Below, piece by piece: positions 50,390 through 60,147 of a DNA stretch of 64,000 nt. The translations under genes and the position numbers were made by a program. The notes under the pieces were generated by a model. It was not told where the DNA came from. It made no database searches and saw only the letters and a list, made by a program, of their open reading frames with translations. Positions within the stretch are counted from its first letter, which is position 1; every line of letters starts with the position of its first letter. Source of the DNA: an uncultured Fidelibacterota bacterium (GTDB lineage: Bacteria; Fidelibacterota; Marinisomatia; Marinisomatales; Marinisomataceae); assembly GCA_902526795.1 (NCBI GenBank), contig CABZMF010000001.1, positions 720 to 64,719 of the forward strand, given 5' to 3'.

Positions 50390-53086
50390 ATGAAAAAATT
50401 AATTTTAACCTTATTATTTATGGGAGCAGCCATGGCACAAGAAAAGTTTTATGGATTTGAATTTATTAAAGAGTCTGGGGGTATCAAAGAATACAACATG
50501 ACATCAAACGGCTTAAGAGTTTTGCTGAAACAGGACAACACAGCGCCGGTAGCTACATTTATGGTGACTTACGAGGTAGGGTCCAGAAACGAGGCAATAG
50601 GATATACAGGCTCCACACACCTGCTAGAACACTTAATGTTTAAAGGGTCTAGAAAGTTTAATACAAAAAAGGGCAATTCAGTTTTTCAAACCCTTCAATC
50701 GTTGGGCGCAAGAATGAACGCAACAACATGGCTAGACAGAACAAATTATTTTGCTGTATTGCCAAGCGAACACCTTGAAACCCTCATTGAAATTGAAGCC
50801 GACAGAATGAGAAACGCTTACATAAAAGAGGAAGATAGACAGTCTGAAATGACGGTTGTGCGAAATGAATTTGAAAGGGGCCAAAACAGCCCCTCAGGAG
50901 TATTAGACGAAAATATTTGGGCAACAGCATACCAAGCCCACCCATATCATCATTCAACAATAGGGTGGAAAGCAGATATTGAAAACGTTTCCATAGAAAG
51001 ACTAAGAGAGTTTTATGATACCTTTTATTGGCCAAATAACGCCACCGCGATTGCTATAGGAGACTTTTCTGAGGCAAGCGTCTTAGCAATGATTAAAAAA
51101 CACTTTGGAAAAATAAGAAAGAGCACAAAACCTATACCGGAAGTATATACTACAGAACCAGAACAAGAAGGAATTAGAACTGTCACACTTAAGAGAGCAG
51201 GGCAACAGGGGGTTGTTGGTGTTGCGCATAAGACACCGTCTGCGACCGACCCAGATGCTGCAGCGTTTATGGTTCTCTCATCAATACTTTCATCAGGAAA
51301 AAACAGCAGATTTTATAAAAACATAACAGACAAGGGATTAACCACAAGCGTTTACATTTGGGACTCACTCTTCCGAGACCCAGGCTTGTTTACTGTTTAT
51401 GCAAATCTTTCTCCTGAAGTAGACCACAAAACTGTGGAAGCTGCAATTATTGAAGAATATGAAAAGATCAAGAAAAATGGTGTGACCACCGAAGAGGTAA
51501 AAAAAGCACAATCACAACTTATTGCTTCAATGAAGTTTTCGCAGGATGGAAGCTATGCAATAGCCAGCGGGTTAAATGAAGCAATAGCCAGCGGGGACTG
51601 GACGCTATACACAACATATGGAGAGAAAATTTCTGCAGTAACAAAAGAAGATATAAAAAGAATAGTAAATAAATACTTTTTAGAAGACTTAAGTACTGTT
51701 GGGTATTTCATCCCCCTTGGATCAGGTAGTCAAGCTAAAAAGGTAGCAACAAGTTCGAAAGAACTAAAAAAAATGAAGATAAAAAACTTTTCCATAGAAG
51801 AAGAGGTTTTATCCTCAAAAATAGTTGACACCGAACCCGTAAAAGGAATAAGACTACTAACCCTTAAGCGCGGAACTGGAGTTGTAACCATGAGGGGAAG
51901 CATGTTGGGTGGAGATATTTTTTCCACAAAAAACAGCAGAACAGCAGACATGGTTGCTGCCATGTTAGATCAAGGAACAACAAACATGTCAAAGTTTGAT
52001 ATAAGCGAAAAACTTGAATCAGCCGGAGCGCGCCTAAGTTTTTTTAATGGTCAAGCAAGGGTGGGGTTTAGTGGCAAATTTTTATCAGAAGATACAAAAA
52101 TGGTCATGAATCTCTTAGCCGACCAACTACAAAACCCCCTATTTGCAGAAGAGGAGTTAGAAAAATCTAAAAAAAGGCAGGTAGCTGCATATAAAAGGTC
52201 TAAAGACAGCACAAGGGGCAATGCAATGAACAACATGTTAGAAGCTTTTTATGGCCCCGGTCATCAAAACTCACCGACCAATCCAGACAAAGCAATAGAA
52301 CAAATAAAAAAATTAACATCCCAAGATTTGAAAAAATACCACCAAGAAAACTATGGGCTGGGTTCAATGGTTCTTGTTGTTGTTGGTGACGTTGATCATG
52401 CAAAGTTGGAAAATTTAATCAAAGAAAACTTTAGTAACTGGAAGCAGTCTCCTCTCAAAAACAAAGAAGAAGAGAAGGTTGGAAACAAGGTTTCAAACAA
52501 GGTTTATGTAACAATGCAAGATAAAACAAGCACAGACTTTGTTGTTGGCACACCACTCGGAATCGATAGATATCACCCTGATTACCTTCCTCTTTATTTG
52601 GCAACGCATACACTTGGTGGAAACTTTTCTGCCAGACTTATGCAAACCGTTAGGGTAAAAGAGGGGTTAACGTATGGTATAAACTCTGCGCTAAGCGGAT
52701 TTGGAAACAGTAACGATGGCTATTGGATGGTTGGCGGTACCTTTTCACCAAAACTTCTTTCTAAGGGAGAAAGCTCAACCCTAAGAGAAATAAAAAAGTG
52801 GGCAAAAGAAGGAATAACTCAAAAAGAACTTGATGTTACAAAATCCACACTCGTTGGAGGGTTTCAGGTTAGTTTTGATACAACCGGAGGTTTGGCGGGA
52901 AGTATTTTAAGTGCAGCGGTAGTGCACAATGACTTAACATATCTTGACAACTATCCAAACATGGTTAAAGCTGTCACGCTAGAACAGGCCAATAGCGCCA
53001 TAGCAAAATATATAAGTTATGATAAGCTATATCAAGTAGCGGCAGGAACGATTGATAAAGACGGAAAACCAATAGAGGATAATTAG
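50390..53086 (+). CDS. M16 (pitrilysin-family) zinc peptidase, exported
   Basis: Signal peptide, GSRNE, HLLEH (HxxEH), NATTW.DRTNY, second-half R...GL.YG motif. Confidence 0.93.
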   Translation: MKKLILTLLFMGAAMAQEKFYGFEFIKESGGIKEYNMTSNGLRVLLKQDNTAPVATFMVTYEVGSRNEAIGYTGSTHLLEHLMFKGSRKFNTKKGNSVFQTLQSLGARMNATTWLDRTNYFAVLPSEHLETLIEIEADRMRNAYIKEEDRQSEMTVVRNEFERGQNSPSGVLDENIWATAYQAHPYHHSTIGWKADIENVSIERLREFYDTFYWPNNATAIAIGDFSEASVLAMIKKHFGKIRKSTKPIPEVYTTEPEQEGIRTVTLKRAGQQGVVGVAHKTPSATDPDAAAFMVLSSILSSGKNSRFYKNITDKGLTTSVYIWDSLFRDPGLFTVYANLSPEVDHKTVEAAIIEEYEKIKKNGVTTEEVKKAQSQLIASMKFSQDGSYAIASGLNEAIASGDWTLYTTYGEKISAVTKEDIKRIVNKYFLEDLSTVGYFIPLGSGSQAKKVATSSKELKKMKIKNFSIEEEVLSSKIVDTEPVKGIRLLTLKRGTGVVTMRGSMLGGDIFSTKNSRTADMVAAMLDQGTTNMSKFDISEKLESAGARLSFFNGQARVGFSGKFLSEDTKMVMNLLADQLQNPLFAEEELEKSKKRQVAAYKRSKDSTRGNAMNNMLEAFYGPGHQNSPTNPDKAIEQIKKLTSQDLKKYHQENYGLGSMVLVVVGDVDHAKLENLIKENFSNWKQSPLKNKEEEKVGNKVSNKVYVTMQDKTSTDFVVGTPLGIDRYHPDYLPLYLATHTLGGNFSARLMQTVRVKEGLTYGINSALSGFGNSNDGYWMVGGTFSPKLLSKGESSTLREIKKWAKEGITQKELDVTKSTLVGGFQVSFDTTGGLAGSILSAAVVHNDLTYLDNYPNMVKAVTLEQANSAIAKYISYDKLYQVAAGTIDKDGKPIEDN

Positions 53087-53092
53087 ACCCAA

Positions 53093-53581
53093 GTGATTAA
53101 GGCAATTTTGGCTTGTGATAATATGGGTGGTGTTAGCAAGGATGGAACAATACCTTGGCCAAAAAATACAAAGGATCTTGGGTGGTTTAAAAGAAACACC
53201 ACAAACAACGTTGTTGTAATGGGTTCAAAAACATGGACAGATCCACTGATGCCATGGCCACTACCAAACAGAATAAATGTTTTGGCCACAACGAAAGAGC
53301 AAGAACATCCAGGCGCAGATAGGTATGTTTGTGGAGATCTTGATGTTGAACTCAATAAACTTAAAGAAGAGCACCCAAACAAAATTATCTGGGTTATTGG
53401 CGGACCTAATATAATTGAACAAACACTGGATTCAATTGAAGAATTCTACTTAAGCAGAATACCGGGAGAATATAGTTGTGATGGTTTTTTGTCTTTAAAA
53501 ACGATAGAAAGTCTCTTTGAAAAAACATGGTCAGAAAAACACGAAAGTGTAGAGTTTCAAATTTGGAAAAAAATTAAATGA
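53093..53581 (+). CDS. folA: Dihydrofolate reductase
   Basis: G.IPWP...DL.WFK..T...VVMG.KTW, PLPNR.N, IGG. Confidence 0.92.
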   Translation: MIKAILACDNMGGVSKDGTIPWPKNTKDLGWFKRNTTNNVVVMGSKTWTDPLMPWPLPNRINVLATTKEQEHPGADRYVCGDLDVELNKLKEEHPNKIIWVIGGPNIIEQTLDSIEEFYLSRIPGEYSCDGFLSLKTIESLFEKTWSEKHESVEFQIWKKIK

Positions 53582-54444
53582 AACAATATATTAAAGCGCT
53601 TGAGCACATTCTAGAAAATGGAAAGCAAAGAGACGACAGAACGGGCGTAGGCACAAAAGGTGTTTTTGGTTACCAGATGCGCTTTAGCCTCAGGAACAGC
53701 TTTCCTGCTGTAACAACAAAGAAGTTAGCCTGGAAAAGTGTTGTAAGCGAACTACTTTGGTTTCTTTAGGGAAGTACGGATGAAAGAAGGCTGGCAGAAA
53801 TACACTTTGGAAAACCAAGAAAAGAAATAATAGAAAAAAAAACTATTTGGACAGCCAATGCTAACAAGCAAGGGGTTGAGCTGGGATACTTAAACAACGA
53901 AACAAAAAAAGAGTTGGGACCGGTTTATGGAAAGCAGTGGAGGTCATGGGGAAAGGATGTTGGAGGAATAGACCAGATTAAAAAAATAATTTTTGACCTT
54001 AAAAACGATCCCAGCAGTAGGAGGCATATAGTAAGTGCGTGGAACGTAGATAAGGTTGACGAAATGGCCTTGCCGCCATGCCACACAATGTTTCAGTTTC
54101 ATGTACAGGACACAGAATTAAGTTGCCAGCTATATCAAAGAAGCGCAGATATGTTTTTGGGAGTGCCGTTTAATATAGCTTCATATAGCTTGCTCTTATG
54201 CATTCTTTCAAATGTTTTAGATCTTAATCCTGGAGAGTTCATATGGACTGGCGGAGATTGCCATATCTATAATAACCACCTAGAACAGGTTAAAGAACAA
54301 ATAAAAAGGAGCCCCTTGAAAGCCCCAAGACTCGAAATACCTAACTTCAAATCAATAGAAGAGGTCCTTAATTCAAAACCCGAAGATTACAAGCTGTTAA
54401 ACTACAACCCCATGGACAGCATAAAAGCTCCCATGGCAGTTTAA
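53578..54444 (+). pseudogene. thyA: Thymidylate synthase with a single in-frame TAG at codon 64 (53767-53769); could be a true nonsense allele, a sequence error or readthrough
   Basis: The two ORF-track fragments are one frame: [72 protein letters not shown]. Confidence 0.85.
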
Positions 54445-54456
54445 AGTAAAAATAAA

Positions 54457-55527
54457 ATGAAAGTATTAAGAACACCTGAAAAATGCTTTAGTGGCCTCAA
54501 AAATTATCCCTACAAAGCAAACTACACAACTATCAAAACAAAAGAAGGAGACAACCTAAGAATTCACCACATTGATGAAGGCCCAAAAAAAGGACCAGCC
54601 ATTGTTTGTTTTCATGGACAACCCGCATGGAGCTATTTATATACAAAAATGATCCCATTTTTTTTAGAACGAAAGGTAAGAATTATTTGTCCAGATCTTC
54701 CAGGTTACGGTAAGTCAGATAAGCCTTCTAAAAGAGAGGATTATAGCTATCAAAGACAAGTGGACTGGATGGTTAAATGGTTGAAAGAAAATGAGTTAGA
54801 GGATTTAACATTTTTTGGACAGGACTGGGGCGGGTTAATAGGTTTGAGGGTTGTTTCACAAGAGCCAGACAGGTTTAATAAAGTTGCTGTTGGAAACACC
54901 GGACTTCCCTATAACCCCAAAGTTCCGAAGGAGGTCTTAAAAGAAAGAGAGGGATTTATTAAAAGCAGTAAAAAAATAACCCTTTCTGATATATATAAAA
55001 ATTTAAGAGCAATGAAAGGCAAACCAACAGCACACCAAGTTTTAAAATTCATGTATTGGCAAAAGTATTGTTGGGACACAAAAGATTTACCGGTTGGTCT
55101 GTTGATGAGTATGATTGGAGGAGGAAGGAAAAATTTCAATAATATTGCCTACTACTTTTTTGTGCAAATGGGAGTGGAAAGACTTTTTCCATTTAAACCA
55201 GAAATAGCCAAAGCGTTTGATGCACCATTTCCAGGCATAGAGTATAAAATGGGAGTGAGGTCTATGCCGATGCAAGTTCCAATTATACCAGATCGCTCTT
55301 TATCAGCTCAAAAAAAAGCAAGAGATTTCTTCAAATCTTGGAACAAACCCTTTTTAAGCGTGTTTGCTGGAAACGACCCCATAACAAATACTATGGAAAA
55401 AGATGTTTTAAAAATGTGTCCAAAGGTATCAAAAGCGCCATACATTGGCGGCGGACATTTTTATCAATGGACAAAACCTAAAGAACTATCTAGAATTTTA
55501 ATTAACTTTGTCAAATCGAAAAATTAA
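54457..55527 (+). CDS. Haloalkane dehalogenase family alpha/beta hydrolase
   Basis: MKVLRTPE..F..L..YPY, HGQPAWSYLY, DLPGYGKSDKP, QDWGGLIG, AFDAPFP, GHF. Confidence 0.88.
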   Translation: MKVLRTPEKCFSGLKNYPYKANYTTIKTKEGDNLRIHHIDEGPKKGPAIVCFHGQPAWSYLYTKMIPFFLERKVRIICPDLPGYGKSDKPSKREDYSYQRQVDWMVKWLKENELEDLTFFGQDWGGLIGLRVVSQEPDRFNKVAVGNTGLPYNPKVPKEVLKEREGFIKSSKKITLSDIYKNLRAMKGKPTAHQVLKFMYWQKYCWDTKDLPVGLLMSMIGGGRKNFNNIAYYFFVQMGVERLFPFKPEIAKAFDAPFPGIEYKMGVRSMPMQVPIIPDRSLSAQKKARDFFKSWNKPFLSVFAGNDPITNTMEKDVLKMCPKVSKAPYIGGGHFYQWTKPKELSRILINFVKSKN

Positions 55528-56381
55528 GATTCCACATCATTTCTTATAATAATATAAACACCAATTAAGGTAATAGCTCCTCCAAAAAAAACACTTATGC
55601 CCACCGGCTCTCCAAACAGGAAATATGCCCCAATAGATGAAATTACAGGCTCACCAAGAGGTACTGCGGCAACGGTTGTTGCGCTTAAAGTTTTAACAAG
55701 GAAATAGAAAATGTTATGCCCAATCATTGTTGGTACAGCGGCCAAAAAGACAAACCAGCCAAAATCATTTATACTAAAACTAAGTACGCTAACACCCTGA
55801 ACTATAGATATAGAAAAAAGACAAACAGCAGCATAAAAAAAGACCCACCTCGAATATTCTAAAAGGCCGACTTTTTTTCTAACTTTTTTTCCAACAATTA
55901 AAACAACCGCCATAGCAATAGAGCAAAAGACAGCTAAAATGTTTCCTGTGGAGCTAGTATTACTAAAGCTACTTTGGCTAATTAAGATATAAGCACCTAA
56001 AACAGCAAAAAATAACCCAAGAAAAATTTTGTATGAAAATTTCTTGCCTTGAAAAAAGATAGAGTAGGCTTCAGTAAAAACAGGAGCTATTGTCCCTAAA
56101 AGTGCAGCTTCAGCTATAGAGGTAAGCTGAACGCTTCTAAAAAAGAGAGCAAAATGAAAACCTAGAAATAAGCCAGCGACGAATATTTTTTTATTAGGAA
56201 CAAAAGTAAAAATAGTTTTGTAAGATATAATGAAAGCCATGAGACTTGCTAGAAACATTCTCCAGAAAGCTATTGTTGTAGCAGAAAGCTCTGGCAAAAA
56301 TCTTACAACCCAAGCTGAAGAGCTAACAGCAAGAAGAGCAGTAAATAAAAGAACATATTTATTTTTTGAAAAAAGGACCAT
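55524..56381 (-). CDS. DMT/EamA family transporter
   Basis: About ten TM segments with EamA repeat, AFWRM and L.EPV.SSI.AY..FGE motifs; start uncertain (ATG 56381 or TTG 56417). Confidence 0.88.
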   Translation of the reverse strand: MVLFSKNKYVLLFTALLAVSSSAWVVRFLPELSATTIAFWRMFLASLMAFIISYKTIFTFVPNKKIFVAGLFLGFHFALFFRSVQLTSIAEAALLGTIAPVFTEAYSIFFQGKKFSYKIFLGLFFAVLGAYILISQSSFSNTSSTGNILAVFCSIAMAVVLIVGKKVRKKVGLLEYSRWVFFYAAVCLFSISIVQGVSVLSFSINDFGWFVFLAAVPTMIGHNIFYFLVKTLSATTVAAVPLGEPVISSIGAYFLFGEPVGISVFFGGAITLIGVYIIIRNDVES

Positions 56382-56385
56382 ACAG

Positions 56386-57198
56386 GTGAAGATAAACCTT
56401 ATAGTTAAACTAAGCATTATATTTTATACAACCACTGTATTTGGAGCAGACAAAGAACAGATAATCAAAAAGGTTGTTTCTTATACAAAAAATCAAAAAA
56501 ACCCATCAACAGAATACATACTAAAAACACTTGAAGACAGAAGGTTGCAAATAGACGTGGGTGTGATTGATAGGTTTAAAAACAAGCCAGAAAAAATGAA
56601 AACATATGAACAGTACAGAAAGATGTTTTTTAATGAACAAAGAATTGCTGGTGGAATAAGTTTTTATAAAAAGAACAAAAAACTAATCTCAAAAGTAGCA
56701 AGAGATTTTGAAATAGACCCGATAGTATTGGTTGCAATTATTGGCGTCGAAACAAACTACGGATTAAAAACTACAGAGTTTTCAGTAATTAATTCTTTGT
56801 ATACACAGGCAGTAAAAATGCCTAAAAGGTCAAGTTGGGCAACTAAAGAAATAGCAGAGTTTTTAATTTTTTGTTCAGAAAACGACATTGATCCTTTTTC
56901 ACTTGAGGGATCATACGCGGGCGCATTTGGGTATGGCCAATTTATACCCTCTAGTTTTAATAAACTATCAATTGACTATGATAAGGATGGGAAAAAGGAC
57001 CCCTTTAGCTGGGAGGACGTAATAGGAAGTATTGCGTTTTATCTTACCGAAAATGGATACCCGAAAAATGACTTTAATTTTTCCCACAAATCTAAAGCTT
57101 GGCGCGCCATAAGGACATATAACAGATCAGACAAGTATGCAAACATTGTAATAGATTTAAGAAATGAAATAGCTAAAAATATTTTTTTATTAGATTAG
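56386..57198 (+). CDS. mltB: Lytic murein transglycosylase B-like protein
   Basis: Start reassigned to GTG 56386. IIGVETNYG (catalytic Glu), GSYAGAFGYGQFIPSS, DYDKDG, YNRS..YA. Confidence 0.85.
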   Translation: MKINLIVKLSIIFYTTTVFGADKEQIIKKVVSYTKNQKNPSTEYILKTLEDRRLQIDVGVIDRFKNKPEKMKTYEQYRKMFFNEQRIAGGISFYKKNKKLISKVARDFEIDPIVLVAIIGVETNYGLKTTEFSVINSLYTQAVKMPKRSSWATKEIAEFLIFCSENDIDPFSLEGSYAGAFGYGQFIPSSFNKLSIDYDKDGKKDPFSWEDVIGSIAFYLTENGYPKNDFNFSHKSKAWRAIRTYNRSDKYANIVIDLRNEIAKNIFLLD

Positions 57199-58570
57199 CC
57201 AAGACTTCTTTGGTTTTGGTATACGGTGGCAGCATTATTTGAAAGGGTGACAGAGAGCTGCTTTTTAAAACAGCTTTTTGGTGTGAGAAAGCATCAAAGC
57301 CAAACTTACCATGGTAGCTTCCAACCCCACTGTTATTTACTCCACCAAAAGGCAGGTTTGGATTCATGTGGTGTATAACACAATCGTTAATTACCATCCC
57401 ACCGCTTGAGGTGTCATGTAAAACTTTTTTATGAACGGAAGATTTTTTGCTGAAAAGGTATAGGGCTAACGGCTTTTCTTTATTGTTCACATAATCAATA
57501 GACTCTTCAAGATTTTTTACCTTTACAACGGGAAGAATGGGTCCAAAAATCTCTTCCTGCATGATTGGATTTTCATAGCTTACGCCTGTTAAAATAGCTG
57601 GAGAAAGGTATAAGCCGCTTTGACTTGTTTCGCCACCATATGCAATTTCCGCTCCAGCAGAAACAGAGTTTTTAAGAGCATCTTGCAGCCGGTTGAAATG
57701 ATGTTCGTTAGCAATAGAACAATAATCTTTTTTAGCTGCATCTATACCCCCAGAAAAGAACTCCATCATATTTTTTTGTAAAGCAGAAACTAAATCGGCG
57801 TGAACAGTTTCGTCGCACAGAATATAGTCAGGGGCGGTGCATGTTTGTCCGGCATTTGCAAACTTATAAAAAGAAATTTTCCATGCAGCATCTTTTATAT
57901 TTGCATGTTTGTCAACAATCACAGGAGATTTGCCACCCAATTCAAGCGTTAAACCTGCGAGATGTTTTGAGGCGGCCTCCATAACCAACTTTCCAACTTG
58001 TGGACTGCCAGTAAACATAATGTGATTAAAGGGGAGATCTAATAACTTTTGCGCAACATCCTTTTCTCCCAAGAACACTGAAACCTCATCTGGAGAAAAA
58101 GTTTTTTCAATTAATTTTTTCAAAAGCTCACCAGATGCTGGTGTAAGCTCTGATGGTTTTATTATGGCAGTATTTCCAGATGATATTGCAGCAATAAGAG
58201 GGTTCAGGCAAAGCATAATTGGGTAATTCCATGGAGAAATTATTAAAATATTTCCTTTGGGTTCTGGCTTTACCCAGCTTTTGCTAAACGATATAGCAAC
58301 GGGGCTTGCAACCCTTTTTGTCTTCATCCAGCCGTTAATATTTTTTATTGCAAAATTTGCTTCTGCTTTAACGCCATAAATTTCTGCAAGCATGGCCTCA
58401 GTTTTGGATTTACCAAGGTCATCAGATAGGGCGAAAAGAATCTCTTCTTCCATTTGTAAAAAATTTTTCAGAAGAAGTTTTAGTTTAGACTTTCTTTCCT
58501 TTGCAGAGCTATTCCTTAAGGAAAGACTTTTTGCTTGTTGCGCTTTAAAAACATTATTAATGGCTTGCAT
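57173..58570 (-). CDS. NAD(P)-dependent aldehyde dehydrogenase (ALDH3/coniferyl-aldehyde-like)
   Basis: ISPWNYP, KPSELTP, FTGS, LELGGKSP, NAGQTCTAPDY, EEIFGP, PFGGV..SG.G.YHG. Confidence 0.95.
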   Translation of the reverse strand: MQAINNVFKAQQAKSLSLRNSSAKERKSKLKLLLKNFLQMEEEILFALSDDLGKSKTEAMLAEIYGVKAEANFAIKNINGWMKTKRVASPVAISFSKSWVKPEPKGNILIISPWNYPIMLCLNPLIAAISSGNTAIIKPSELTPASGELLKKLIEKTFSPDEVSVFLGEKDVAQKLLDLPFNHIMFTGSPQVGKLVMEAASKHLAGLTLELGGKSPVIVDKHANIKDAAWKISFYKFANAGQTCTAPDYILCDETVHADLVSALQKNMMEFFSGGIDAAKKDYCSIANEHHFNRLQDALKNSVSAGAEIAYGGETSQSGLYLSPAILTGVSYENPIMQEEIFGPILPVVKVKNLEESIDYVNNKEKPLALYLFSKKSSVHKKVLHDTSSGGMVINDCVIHHMNPNLPFGGVNNSGVGSYHGKFGFDAFSHQKAVLKSSSLSPFQIMLPPYTKTKEVLANLIKKYF

Positions 58571-58636
58571 AACAAGAAATATATGAAATTTTATTATAGC
58601 ATGTTACGACGAATAAATTTTTATGTAATTTTTGGT

Positions 58637-58954
58637 ATGATAAAAACAGTTGACATAGCGCATGCAGGTCAGTCTTCATCTGAAGCTATTATTCTTTTAG
58701 AGGTTGCAATAAGCACTGCAAAAGAAGAGGGCGTTGTGGCTGTGAAAGTAATCCATGGCTTAGGCTCAGGAAGTATTGCAGAAAAAGTAAGGTCTTGGGC
58801 AAAAAATCAAGAAGGAAGATTTAGAGCTGTAATTCCTGGAGAGGACTATAATGCGTTTAATAAAGATGCGGTAAGCATGAGATCGGAACTTTCCAACAAA
58901 CAGGATAAAGATTTTAATAGCAGAAATGCAGGGGTAACAATTTTTTGGCTTTAA
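58637..58954 (+). CDS. Stand-alone Smr-domain protein
   Basis: Start reassigned to ATG 58637; VDI.H...EA, KVIHG.GSG and N.GVT pattern. Confidence 0.7.
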   Translation: MIKTVDIAHAGQSSSEAIILLEVAISTAKEEGVVAVKVIHGLGSGSIAEKVRSWAKNQEGRFRAVIPGEDYNAFNKDAVSMRSELSNKQDKDFNSRNAGVTIFWL

Positions 58955-60147
58955 TCAATAAGGGGAATTTCTTCAAAAGTAACATCAATGTTTTTTAATC
59001 TTTTTACGAGAATATTACCTAAGCCAGTAGATGGAGTTAACAGACCACCAAACCCTATACCACCCGGAAGGGTGGCTGGATCTTCAATAGCCAAACACAA
59101 AGCACTTTCGCACGCCATCCTTGATGTCATTTTATAGCCAGGATCACCGCTTGAAGACATAGAAAATGCACGAAACCCATCCTTGGTCTCCACCAAAAAT
59201 CTGCTTTTAAAGAAACCAGAATCCATTGCTTTTTGAGAAGGGCCTTCACCAGGTTTTCTGAAAAATCCTCTCAACAATTTACGCAAAGGAGAAACGATCA
59301 CCAGACCAAGAACCATTGTCATAAATGACACTTTTTGTGCAGCTCTTTTTTTTGAATAATACGCACCCTCAGAATAAACAAAATCATCTCCATAATATTT
59401 TCCAATAGTTTTTGATAAGGCAGCTGATCTTCTTACAACTCTTGTATTTGGTAGGGCCATTACGAAAGGCCCTGTCCAGCCACCAAGATGCGGTATTTTC
59501 TGAATTTTTATTTTGTCATTTGTATTTTTCTTTTGATTTTCTGAAAGGGAGTTTTTTGGGTTTAAAGAAAACTTTCCTAGACCTCCCCTAGCTAGCTTTG
59601 CATCCATAGAAGAAAACATTGTTTCTATTGTCCCACCTGAAGCTTCGCCCTTCCACGCCTGAAAACACTGAATACTCTTAACTTCTCCAACAACTTGATT
59701 TACAGCATAAAATGATCCTATATCAGAGGGCGCAGAGTCAAAACCACAAGCATTGACAATTCTAAGACCTTTGTTTTTAGCCTCCTCATGGTGCTTTTCA
59801 ATCATGTCTTTAATCCAAAAGCTTTCACCGGTTATGTCAACGTAGTGACATCCGTTTTTAATACAAGCTTCTAGAAGATCAGATCCATATTTGTGGTAAG
59901 GACCAACTGTGGAAAGAACAACCTCTGTATCTCTGCACATTGAATTAAGAGCATCAATGTCAAACGCTTCTGCAACTACGATGGAAAAAGGTAGATTATG
60001 AGTTTTTTTAATTTTCTCTAGCTTTTCGACATTCCTTCCAGCAATTGCAATAGGAACATCAGAATACCTTTGTGACATAAACTTGGCACAAAGCTCTCCA
60101 GTGAAACCTGTAGCACCAAAAATAACAATTTTATATTTTTTGTTCAT
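58951..60147 (-). CDS. Saccharopine dehydrogenase-like oxidoreductase
   Basis: GATGFTG, AGRN, VGPY..YG, HYVDITGE, CGFDS.PSD, DPGY..T. Confidence 0.9.
   Translation of the reverse strand: MNKKYKIVIFGATGFTGELCAKFMSQRYSDVPIAIAGRNVEKLEKIKKTHNLPFSIVVAEAFDIDALNSMCRDTEVVLSTVGPYHKYGSDLLEACIKNGCHYVDITGESFWIKDMIEKHHEEAKNKGLRIVNACGFDSAPSDIGSFYAVNQVVGEVKSIQCFQAWKGEASGGTIETMFSSMDAKLARGGLGKFSLNPKNSLSENQKKNTNDKIKIQKIPHLGGWTGPFVMALPNTRVVRRSAALSKTIGKYYGDDFVYSEGAYYSKKRAAQKVSFMTMVLGLVIVSPLRKLLRGFFRKPGEGPSQKAMDSGFFKSRFLVETKDGFRAFSMSSSGDPGYKMTSRMACESALCLAIEDPATLPGGIGFGGLLTPSTGLGNILVKRLKNIDVTFEEIPLID

Noticed and set aside
53578-54444. Genome-wide TAG recoding, or a group I intron as in T4 td
   Set aside because: TAG terminates several conserved genes at the expected positions, and thyA is collinear in one frame with no insertion.
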